DNA of 32,000 nucleotides, from assembly GCA_963677765.1 (NCBI GenBank), contig OY782392.1:120001-152000 (forward strand), given 5' to 3'. The DNA is from Candidatus Saccharimonadota bacterium. GTDB lineage: Bacteria; Patescibacteriota; Gracilibacteria; BD1-5; UBA6164. Below are positions 11,523-22,283 of the stretch, in pieces. The number at the start of each line of letters is the position of its first letter. Positions within the stretch are counted from its first letter, which is position 1. The notes below the pieces were generated by a model that saw only the letters and a program-made list of their open reading frames with translations, was not told where the DNA came from and made no database searches. Position numbers and translations under genes: made by a program.

Positions 11523-12500
11523 ATGGATTTTATAAAAAAAATAAAAGATATATTAAAAAATAATATTCAAGTTAGCCAAACAATTGTACTAATTATGTTA
11601 TTAGTAATAGGTATAGAATTTTATTGATTAAATATAAATTATTTAAAAATTTCTGTTATATTTTTAACAGTTATGATATTTGATGCTATATTTATAAAAA
11701 TGAAATCATGAAAATGGAGTTTTCCTTATTCATGAATTAATGCATGATTTTGAATAAGTTTTTTCTTGAGAAGTGATGAATTAATAATATATTTTGTTGC
11801 TTGATTATTAGCTATAGCATGAAAAAATCTTATAAGAATTAATTGAAGACATTTTTTTAACCCATCAAATATGTGAGTACTATTAGTTTTAATATTATTT
11901 CCTCACTATACTTGGATTAATACTTTACAATGGTGAAATTATACTTGAGTTATTAATATGAAATACATATTAATAATAATTACTATATTAATATTTTGAG
12001 CATTTATTACTTATAGAGTTTATAAATTTTTTAAATATAAATATTTTATTGATTATTTATTACCATTTTTTATTTTACATATAATTTTATTTTTTACGAT
12101 TCCATATTATGAAAGCATAAATTCTGCATTATTATTTTTTAGTGTGTCATTTTTTATATTTATGTTTCATATGATAAGTGATCCAAAAACAGTACCAGAA
12201 AAATCTATATCTAGATTTATATATTCTATAAATATAGTTTTATCATTTTATGTATTACAATTTTTTATAAATGAAGCATATGCTCTAATAGCATCTTTAT
12301 TTGTAAATACAATTCAGTTACCAATAATATGGTATTACGAAAAAAATAACAAAAAAGTCAAGTGAAAATACCCATTTTATTTGGTATATCTTTTGTTAGT
12401 GAGCTTATTTATGATATTATTAATATCGTATCTAATAAATATTTTTTGAAGACCAGACCTTGTTTTTGACAATGTTTGTAATCAATTAATATGTAAGTAA
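11523..12500 (+). CDS. polytopic membrane protein, RnfD/NqrB-superfamily-like, orphan (325 aa)
   Basis: The frame was checked line by line under code 25, and multiple hydrophobic helices are present. RHFFNPSNMGVLLVLILFP resembles the RnfD motif FNPAMIGYVVLLISFP. FMFHMISDPKT resembles RnfD FFILTDPVT. The central flavinylated loop of RnfD is not evident. Confidence 0.45.
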
Positions 12501-12537
12501 GATATTATATTTATATTATATTTGTAATTTATTCTTT

Positions 12538-12852
12538 ATGAAAAAATTAAATATCTCCCCTAAAGTTTTTACTCTAGTTTGAGTATTGTTAATTTATATT
12601 TCAGCACTTGTGTTAATTGAAAACACTTCTGAAAATACTTCTTATAAAAATAAAAATGCTATACATGATGTATCTGCAGAATTAAATTTTTATCAAAGTA
12701 CAAATAATAATCCATATGAACAAGAATTATGGTCTTCTGAAAAAGCTCCATTAGAAACAGTTTATGAAAAAGTAAAAGTAACATTAACAGGTGAACCAGA
12801 ACCTGCTGATACTGGAATAACTACTGTAAATGTAACTAGACATAGTCACTAA
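12538..12852 (+). CDS. small signal-anchored or secreted hypothetical protein (104 aa)
   Basis: ATG 12538 is in frame with the ORF-track fragment 12586-12852 across one TGA. The N-terminal hydrophobic segment is VFTLVGVLLIYISALVLI. Confidence 0.65.
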
Positions 12853-12885
12853 AATAATATAATTTACTTTTAATAAATAAAAAAT

Positions 12886-14745
12886 ATGAATAAAAAAATA
12901 ATCTTAACATTATTTATTACTTTTTTTTGATTACTTAATACAAATATAGCTAGTGCAGCTGTAACAGAAATAATAGAAGATGTAACAGAGTCTGTAACTC
13001 CAATGACAGAAGAAGAATCTTGTTTTGCTTTGTTAAATGAAAAAGTATGAACAGATGCAAGATTTCAAAATATAACTGAGGTTATGCCAAATTGAGATTT
13101 AACAGAAGTTTTATTTAACGAATCTGCTTGATCAAGTCTTGATTTATCAACATATGAAACATTTCAAGATTATGTTGTAAAAAATCCTGCACATAAATGA
13201 AGTTCTAAAAAATGGCGTGAAGATAATGGTCTTACTGAATATGATTTTTTTTCTAGAAGAACAAATATTGCAACTGTTATAGCAAAAGATAGATTTGTTG
13301 TATCTCAAGTAGTATGATTTTGAAGAAACTCTAATTTTGACTTCCCTGTTACTGCTGAATTTAAATCATATGGAGATAAATATAAATTAGAATGAGATAA
13401 TTTCAAAGAATTTGTATTGTATACTCATCATAGTATAACTTGAGACTTTTTAAGTTGTGGATTATTTAGATTAATACCTTTAGAAGAAAGAACATATTGA
13501 GATGTTCCTGAAGAAGCATATTTTACAAATACACTTCAAGGTAATAACAATCAAGCTAAATTATCAAATAATAAATGTAGTTCAGGTTTTGAATGAGAAT
13601 TTTTATCAAAATGATCTAAAGATTATTATGCTATGAAAACTAATGTTTGTGCATTAGACTATGGACAAAATGATTTTGTTAAACAAGAAATATTAGCAAT
13701 AGCATATGATAATGGTTCTAATTACTTCAATGAATATGATGTTTTTCAACAACAAGTAACAGCTATGAAAGACACTGATACGACTTCAAATGGTCTAGCA
13801 GAAGTAAGAGCTAAGTTTTTACAATATTTAAAAAACAATACTAGTTTAAGTTTAATAAATGGTAACTTAGATGATGATGAAATGTCTTTTAATACTACTA
13901 AAAATTTATTATCATATATTGTAAATAAATTAATTCCTAGTGCAAATGCTGCAAGAGAATTCAATTTTGACCAAGAATATATTGACTCTACAAAATGAAT
14001 GGTAATGTTTGAAGCTTTACCTTATGAACTATATGAAAAACTAGAAAAAATTCCTAGTAAAACTTTCGTAGAGTATATAAAATTATCATTAACTCCAAAC
14101 TTTGAAGATTATATAAAATATAGAAAAGATAATAATATAGTTTTAAGTAGTTATGAAAGAGTTTTTGCAAGTTGTGGTTTGACTTATGAAGAAAGAAATA
14201 ATGTAGTTGTTGATTTATTAGAATGAATTGAGGATCCTGAAAATTTTGATCCTTCAAATGTAAAATATTCAAATAAAAAATTCGGTGATTGTATTATTCC
14301 ATATCCAGATAGTGAAAATAGAAAAACAGTTATAGAAGATTCTTTTGAATCTAATAAGTTATTAGCTCAAAAACTAAATGGTAGCTATGAAGCACCTGAA
14401 GTTGAAGTAGAAATAACAAAAATGATAGAAGAAGAAAATTCTAAAAAATTAGAATATCAACAAAATATTGATAAACTTACTAACAACTATAATGAAGGTT
14501 TGATTAACTGAGAAGAACTAGAACAAAAAGTAAATGAAGAAAAACAAAAATTAGAAGACTCACTAAAACAAATAGAAGATAAATACTCTAAAATATTCAT
14601 GGAAACATCTCCATCAGATGAATATGAAATGATAAAAAATCAAGATAAAAAAACTAATCCTTTAGTATATGTAGTAGTAGCTGTGTTATTATTACTATGA
14701 GTAGCCTTATTATTTATGGCATTTAACAAAAACAAAAACAAATAA
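12886..14745 (+). CDS. surface protein with signal peptide, C-terminal coiled coil and C-terminal membrane anchor (619 aa)
   Basis: The frame was checked line by line. The signal peptide is MNKKIILTLFITFFGLLNTNIASA. A heptad-like region (KLEYQQNIDKLTNNYNEGLINGEELEQKVNEEKQKLEDSLKQIEDK) is followed by LVYVVVAVLLLLGVALLFMAF and a basic tail NKNKNK. Confidence 0.8.
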
Positions 14746-14764
14746 TTTATTAAAATTTAATATT

Positions 14765-17587
14765 ATGAAAATAATAAAAATAATTACTTTAACTATAGCT
14801 TTATTATTATCAAATAATTATGTTTTTTCTGACTTTACAACTACTTCTACAATTGTAGATTGAGAAAAAACTTTTGATAAAATACATTGAGAAAATAGAG
14901 TTTTATATGTTCATGAAGATTATGTAGTAAACCCTTTTTCATGATCTAATATAGTTAGAAACCAAACAAATGGTGCAACTACTTCTTATACTGTTGATGG
15001 TAGAGTATTTAATTCTAGTCATCCAAAATATGCAAATAACTGAGCAACTATGCAATCATGGACTAATCATTGAGATGGTACTCAAACTATGATTCAATAT
15101 TTAGAAAATACTCATACAAAAGATGCTTCTAATATAGTAATGCCAAATCAATCAGTAACTGTAAGAAAATACTATAAAGTTGATTTTAACTATGATACTA
15201 GTTGACCAACTGGTTGAGATTTAAAACTATATAATGATGAAAATGCAACTCAAGCATTTACATATACAGCTTGAACATGGTTAAATGAACCTAAGTATTA
15301 TACGATGACATGTAATGATCCTGAAACATGATGTAAATGTGATTTTAATCTAGATAAAACATCTGAAAATTGATGGACTGATGATAATAATCATGCATGT
15401 ACTAACAGTACTGAAATAGTAAAAGTTAATGGAGTTGTAAGAACTGTTCCAAGTATTATATGACATATGACATCTCCTAAAGTTTCATTTGAAAACAATG
15501 TTAACCTTAGAACAGATGATATTACTTGAACTATGCCAGGATGAAATAAAGTTATGTATGACCAATCAAATCCTCGTGTATGATTAGGTGTAACTCAATT
15601 AGTTGATTGAGAAAATAAAACTGTTATAGATTTTAACTTATGAAATGAAGATAACAGAGATTATAGAATTAATCCAGCTACTGGAAAACAATATGACTGA
15701 GAACAAATACCTTGAAAAGTATATTTTGATTCTAAAAAAATAGTTGATATAAAAGCTAATGATGAATTAAAATTATGAGTTGTATTTACTGATCAATATA
15801 TTACTGATTCTGCAAATGGTGTTTCTTGAATTAAAAACTATAATATAAAAATTTATAAAAAAGATAATTCTTGAAACTTCCCTACTACTGCAATATATAA
15901 TTTTTCAAAAAGTTATAGTGAATATAATACAGATGGTACAATACAAGAAAGTGATGATAAATGAAAATTATTAAGTGATTTTTGAGTTTTAAAAAACTCA
16001 TGAGAATATAAAATAATATTGGAAGCTTATGATTGGGCAAATAATCATACTCAATCTACTTCTTATTTAAATATATATCCAGAATGAGTTTCAGAATCTA
16101 ATATAAGTCTAGAATATAATTCTGATTCATGAGATAAATTTGCAAATAATAATGATTATTACCAATATATATTTACTATAAGAGATAAATATAATAATCC
16201 TGTACATGATAAAAAACTAGATATAATTTGACAAGATTGTTGAGATTTAACTTCTTGATGTTTAGAACTAAAAGAAAATACAGTTGATTGATCATGAGAA
16301 TCTGCATTAATAATTTATGATATAAGTAATGATGGTATTACTGATACAAACTGACAAGTAAGATTAAAAATAAAATCTGTATCACCAGGTACTTATACAA
16401 ATAGCTTTTTAGTACAAATTAGATCTTGGAACTACAAGTATATTGATACAAGCACTATAATAGATTTTTATGTTTTCAAAGCAGAAGATACTAATTTTAT
16501 TCCACCTTTTGAAATGTCAGAAATATTAGTAAGTGATGACTGAATTAATTGGGATTCAAAACCTGAAATTTGAAAAGAACAAAAATATAAAATTGTTGTT
16601 AATAATACAGGTTCATTATCATGATATACTAATTGAGTATTAAGACTTAATCAAGAAAGTATAAAAAGTAAAGTTGATTGACATTTTTGGATAAACTTCG
16701 AATGAGTTGAAAGAAATTTCTGAAATAATATTAATAGCTTTTTAGGTTTCTCATGAACAATAGATGGTAGTGCTAATCTATTAAAATGACCAGAAGTTGA
16801 AAATGATGAATTAGAAATTACTTATGATATACCTTCTGTTGATAGAAAAGTTGTTTATAGATTAGAGTCTGTTTCTATAAAAGGTTGTGATAGAGAAACT
16901 TTATGATTAAAAGTTGAATGAAATATCCAATGAGATGGTAAATCAGATATAACATGACAAGAAGAAAATTTTTCTGACTTATCATTATCAGAAACTAGAT
17001 CTATAATAAGACAAAATGCATATCAATTAATTAGAAATATGTCTAATGGACAAGTATTAAACTGAGTTAAATATATTGAAAATCAAGATTATGTTTTAGA
17101 AGAAAATCCTAGTTTTGAAACTCTAATTGTTAGAGAATGAAATGTAATTATTAACAAAGATATAAATACTTGAAATAACAAACTATGAATAATAGTATTA
17201 AAAGATAAATATGATGTTGCAAGTGATTATAATAATGCATGAAACATATATATAGCAAACAATGTTAATAATATATCTGCTGCATTATATTCAGATGGTA
17301 CTATGAGAAGTGCTAAATCAAATTGAACTAATTATAATGATTCTGAATTATTAAATGATTTAGAAATATTCTGAACAGTATTTACAAGAAATACTATTGG
17401 TTGAGCTGTTAATTGAGGTACAAGTTATACTTTACCTGGATGACAAGAAACTACAGATTATGAATTAGCTTCATCTTATGATTTAAACTATTTAAGAAAA
17501 TCAATGAGTTGTTGAGATGATTATGCATTATTAATAAAATATAATTCTGCATTACAAGTAAATCCTCCTAAAGGTTTTTCTAAATAA
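14765..17587 (+). CDS. giant secreted or surface protein, paralogue A (940 aa), Ig-like-repeat adhesin-like with a shared C-terminal module
   Basis: The entire ORF was read codon by codon under code 25 (ATG 14765 to TAA 17585-17587). The signal peptide is MKIIKIITLTIALLLSNNYVFS. Beta-rich segments such as YQYIFTIRDKYNNPVHDKKLDII recall bacterial Ig-like (Big) domains. The C-terminal ~230 aa are homologous to the 17675-21730 product. Confidence 0.85.
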
Positions 17588-17590
17588 TAA

Positions 17591-17624
17591 AAAAGATAGA
17601 ACAAAAATGTTCTATCTTTTTTTT
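17591..17624. terminator. rho-independent terminator (first of two between the convergent giant genes)
   Basis: A 12-bp perfect stem aaaagatagaac/gttctatctttt with loop aaaaat, then a T-run to 17624. Confidence 0.8.
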
Positions 17625-17640
17625 GAAAGTTAATAAATAA

Positions 17641-17673
17641 AAAAGAAAATACTTTTAAAGTATTTTCTTTTTT
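17641..17673. terminator. rho-independent terminator (second of two, abutting the stop of the minus-strand giant gene)
   Basis: A 12-bp perfect stem aaaagaaaatac/gtattttctttt with loop ttttaaa. A/T runs lie on both sides. Confidence 0.75.
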
Positions 17674-17674
17674 G

Positions 17675-20600
17675 TTATTTAGCAAAAACCTTAGGAGGAT
17701 TTACTTGAACATTTGGGTTGTATTCAATTACAAAAGCTCAATCTCTATATTTACAAACTCAAGATCAATTAACTATACAGTTTTTAATTCATCTTCTTGT
17801 ATAGTTTAAATCATAAACCATAGCTTTGTTAAAATTAGAAGTGTTATCAGAAAGAGATGATCATCATGGTAATTTATAATCTCCTCAAACTAAGAAAGCA
17901 CCTCAAATAGTATTTCTTGTAAATAATGTTCACTTCAATAATAATTGATTACTTAATTCAGAACTTCTTTGAGTATTATCAATAACATAAGGAATTCAAG
18001 AATTATTAACACTAATAAATCAACCATCTGCATATATAACAGCATTAATTTCAGAAACATCAGGACTGACATAAACATTTCATCAGTTTCATGATAAATA
18101 GTCAGTATTTACATCATAATTATCTTTTAATACTATTATTCAAAGTTTATTTCATGAAGTATTTATATTATTATTTATCAATAAATCTCAATCCTTTAAT
18201 ATAATAGTTTCATAAGTAGGATTAGTATCCATTACATAAACTCAATTTGCAATTTGATTTCAATCAACATATTTAACTCATCAAACTATAGAGTTATGTC
18301 TCATTTTCGAAATTTGATTATAAGCATTTTTTCTAATATCTGATCTAATATCAACCATAGATATATCAGAAAAATTATCTTCTTGTAATCATGCAAAATT
18401 TGATTTACCATCTCATTGTAATAATCAAACTACTTTAGCTCAAATAAATACATCATCGCTAGAATTAATTATAGATAATGCTTCAAATGAATTATAACTT
18501 TCATTTGGAGAAATAGGAGCTATAACTCATTGTGCTCATATATAATATCAAATAAATAGAGCTGTTTGTCATCAATTTTCTATCTGAATACCTGGTGTAC
18601 CAAAATCAGTTGCATCGTCTGATGTATTAATAGTAGCATCAAAAATTGCTTCTTTAGTTGATAATCAAGATATAGTATCAGATAAACTTTGTAAAGAAGT
18701 ATTATCATAATCAACTACATCAATATAATTTCTAAAATTAATCAAATTAGTAGAAGGATTATATCAAGTTGTAGATATTATTGAAACTTTATACTTCATA
18801 TTTGTACCAAACTCTGGTAAAGCTATCCATGTTGCTCCGTCATCATCAGAAGCTGTAATATCTCAAATAAATAGTTTTTTAAAACCATTTGTTTCATATC
18901 ATGCTCTTGCTAATATAGTATAAGTATTAAGAGTAGAATTTGGAGAATAATCATCATTCCATCAATTCATTTCTAACTTAAATCTATTTGAAAATTCTCA
19001 AGGAGCAGTTGAAGAAATTTTGAAAGGTATTTCTCAATTTGTATTAGATGAGACTCAAGAATATCAAGTTTCTATTAAAGAATCAACTCATGCATCAATA
19101 TTTCAATTAATCAAATAATCATACATATTTGATCTAATAGTAGAACATCAAGAAGTTACTCATTCACAAGTTTGATTAATAGAAGTTATAGTTTTTCAAT
19201 TAATACTATTTCAATATTGATCGTTTAAAACTAATTTATAATCATAAGCTTGTGTTCAATCAGGATATTTATCTCAAGTAGTCAACGGACTTACATAACT
19301 TTGTAAAACATCTACATCTGATGGATGAACAGTTATTTGTATATCTTTTACTCTAGAGTTACCATATTCATCTGTAGCAGTAACTTTTATATTTTTAACT
19401 CATTTAGTTTCAAATATTCAAGCTAATTCAATTGTATCATTTAAATAAGAATTATTAGTTCATCATAGAGTTCCTGATCTATAAGGAGCTCAGTTTAATA
19501 ATATTTGATAATTAATTTTTGAAACACAACTACTTCATCATGCAGTAGATTCATCCATATCTATAAATAATGAGTCACTATTTGCCTTATATGAATACGA
19601 TGTATTTCATAATGCTGCAGCTCATTTTCTAAAAGATATATTTGGTGCTGATTCATCTATATGATTCATACCATAGTTATATCAAATAGTATTATATGCT
19701 CTATCTGTAGTAACAAGAGTTCATTGTGCACCATTTTGAGACTGACTAGTAAATGTTATAGTTCTTCTTATAGTAGATCATCAAACAGTCATAGTTGGTC
19801 ACCGAGTAGTCCAACATCAACTACCTCATCTATCAAAATTACAAGCAGCTGTAAAAGTAATACTTCAACTTGTACATCTAGGAACAGCAAAATCTACATT
19901 ACTTTGTTCTTTTATATAGATTTTTACAGGTCTACCATTTGAATCTAGAAGTTGTCTAGGTATTACATCTTTTAAAGTAGATCTAATTATAGGATCAGCA
20001 TAAGATGAATCATCTTGCTTATGTTTTGCTGTAATATCAAATCATGTAAAATTATATGTATTACCAGGTTCTGGTATTTTTATTTTTAGATTAATTAAAT
20101 ATGGATCTACAGGATCAGATCTAACTCAATTAAGCTGTCTATAATAATATTGACTAGAAGAGGTAGCCATAACAACTTCAGGATCAGTTCAATCTGCAAA
20201 AGTTATATCATAACCATCAATAGTGTCATAATGAGGATTACCATATGGGTCTTCTATTCTTATACTTATAGCAAAACTTGTTTCATGATTATATCAATCA
20301 GTGTTATTAACTGGTATAGAAAATGTAGGCATTTCAGCATATCATCTTCATCATTGAATATTATCATTTGGTAATACTTTTATAGGAACACTATTTACTT
20401 TTGTTAAGTCCATAACTTCCTGAGTATTGATATTTTTTGCATACAAGTATAAAGATATATCTCATATTTTTGTAGGAGTAAATCATTCATTTACAGATAT
20501 ACGAAATTGTTTTAACCTCCAACTAAGAACATCTATATCAAAGATTTGATCTATAACTTCTGGTGTTAATGTATCAGATCTAATATTAAAATCAGTATCT

Positions 20601-21730
20601 ATATATATAGTTTCTTCTGAAACATTTGCTGCTTCAGTATTAATATCTGGTATATTTTCTCAAGAGTATCTATAATAGATTTTATATTGATAAGCTGTTT
20701 CTTCTCATGAAGTATCTAAATAATCTTGAAATCAAAAATCTTCTAGATAAACAGATTCATTAGCTTTTACAGAATAACTACTAACTCTAAATCAATCATA
20801 AACCTTAAAATTTTCAGCCCTAAACTCACTACTTGGCTTTATATCTCAAGTAATAAATCTCAAAGGAAAATTAGAATCAATATAACGACCTCATGTTCTA
20901 GTTTCATCACAATATTCAACTCAATCTATAGTACCATCAGCAGTACATATATTTTTCATACTATAATAAAATCTTTCATTATTAGTATCAATCTTTAAAG
21001 TATCATCATATATAGCTGGTATATAATCACTAATTCTATTTTTCTTTTCTCACCATGGTAAACCAGAGTGCAAATCATTTATCACATCTCTAAAGTTTAA
21101 CATAAGATATTCAAATCCATTGTCATAAATATCAGAGCTTCTATATGTTTTTGGATAATAACAATAATAATCACCAGTAGTCCAATAGTCAGGAGAATAT
21201 ACACATTCTTGAGACCAAGAATCCCTTACTCTATCAACTATAATTATTTCTGTATCATAATTAAATATTTCATCTATAGTAAATTCTCTATTTTCAACAA
21301 AAAATGATTCATTTTCTTCTACTAAAACATATTCAGTATCAGTAACTGTTATAGTTCAAGATCAACTAGGATGAGGTTCTTCTCTAGTAACTTCTACTTC
21401 TTCATAATATGGTTCATGAAAATCAGGATTTTCTCTATAAACATCTTCTATAGTAAAAGTTTTATTTCCATAATAATCAGATATTTCTCATAAGATTATA
21501 TTTTGCAATAAAGTAAACATTCAAGTTTCAGAATAAGTTTCTTCAACATTTGCCATAAAATAATCATCTCTATTAACTCTCAAAGTATCATAATCTGTTT
21601 CGTAACAGTCTTGATCATTACAAACATATGGGTAAAGATATCATGATCTATCACTAGCAGAATGAGATGTTCAAAATAAAGCAAAAAATGATATAATTAT
21701 TGATAATAAAACAAATAATTTATTTCTCAT
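17675..21730 (-). CDS. giant secreted or surface protein, paralogue B (1351 aa), Cys-rich N-terminal region, Ig-like repeats and shared C-terminal module
   Basis: All 1352 codons were checked and there is no TAA or TAG in frame (ATG at 21730, TAA at 17677-17675). The signal peptide is MRNKLFVLLSIIISFFALFGTSHS. Segments such as YDYKLVLNDQYGNSINGKTI and ATDEYGNSRVKDIQITVHPS are Ig/cadherin-like. The protein ends in NPNVQVNPPKVFAK. Confidence 0.85.
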
Positions 21731-21756
21731 AATTTGTATTTTAAAATAATATAAAA

Positions 21757-21789
21757 ATATCAAAAACAGAAAAAAACTGTTTTTGATAT
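21757..21789 (-). terminator. rho-independent terminator after the small Cys-rich gene, upstream of giant paralogue B
   Basis: A 13-bp perfect stem atatcaaaaacag/ctgtttttgatat with loop aaaaaaa. A T-run follows on the minus strand. Confidence 0.75.
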
Positions 21790-21795
21790 TGTTTA

Positions 21796-22215
21796 CTAGT
21801 TAACACTTACATCAATACCACCAGTTGGATCGATTCTGTCAGTTTCAATTATTGAACATGTTGTAGTTTCATATGGATAGTCAGCAGTATGTCTTCAACT
21901 CGCTCAACCTGTATTAGCAAAAGCTCACATATTAGTATAACCAGCTTCACAAGAAGTTCTTCTATGATGGTAAGCTACTTTTGTAGTTTTTGTACCATAA
22001 CAAGTTCTAGTACCACTTTGAGTCCAAGAATCACATCTATTAATTTGACATGGTTCATTTGTAACTGATTTTACACAAATATAATCAGGATTAGCAGCTA
22101 CTTTTTCAGTACCAGCCATAAAACCAAAGTAAGATGCACCAGATATAGCTAAAACAGCAACAACTGCCATAGCAGATTTAACAGCTACATTATTGTTAGT
22201 ATTTTTTTTAGTCAT
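21796..22215 (-). CDS. small Cys-rich membrane-anchored or secreted protein (139 aa)
   Basis: The ORF-track fragment 21925-22215 continues through three TGA codons to TAG at 21798-21796. The N-terminal helix is AMAVVAVLAISGASYFGFMAG and the ectodomain has six Cys. The gene is locally GC-richer than its neighbours by eye. Confidence 0.75.
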
Positions 22216-22253
22216 AGTATAATATAATAAAAAATTAAAAAATTATAAATATA

Positions 22254-22282
22254 ATTAAACCACAAATTAAAACATATTGCAA
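22254..22282 (-). promoter_or_regulatory. candidate sigma70-like promoter of the Cys-rich gene
   Basis: On the minus strand: TTGCAA (22282-22277), a 17-nt spacer ending in TGG, then TTTAAT (22259-22254). Confidence 0.4.
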
Positions 22283-22283
22283 A

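Larger units (their letters stand above)
16907..18420. repeat. inverted pair of homologous coding segments (C-terminal modules of the two giant paralogues) flanking the terminators
   Basis: The protein alignment shows QGDGKS..NFSD, R.NAY, GVKY, GNKLGIIVLKD.YDV..DY, FTRNTIGGA, YDLNY.R and QVNPPK.F.K* in the same order. At DNA level there is an exact 23-nt inverted match, 17186-17208 versus 18120-18142. Confidence 0.85.

Noticed and set aside
12790-12840. ADTGITT in the 104-aa protein as a possible ApbE flavinylation site next to the RnfD-like gene
   Set aside because: The established motif is D-x-x-[ST]-G-A-[ST]. Here Ala is replaced by Ile and the Asp spacing is wrong, and no apbE is present in the window. 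This is too weak to claim.
17591-17673. Two similar 12-bp-stem hairpins 50 nt apart as a possible repeat element or mini-array
   Set aside because: Each has the A-run, stem and T-run layout of an intrinsic terminator, and they sit exactly between two convergent stop codons. They share only the generic aaaaga...tctttt ends.
19661-20374. Two plus-strand Ser/Thr-rich ORFs (93 and 74 aa) from the track
   Set aside because: Both lie antisense within the 1351-aa minus-strand gene, which I verified codon by codon. The low-complexity translations have no start context or homology.
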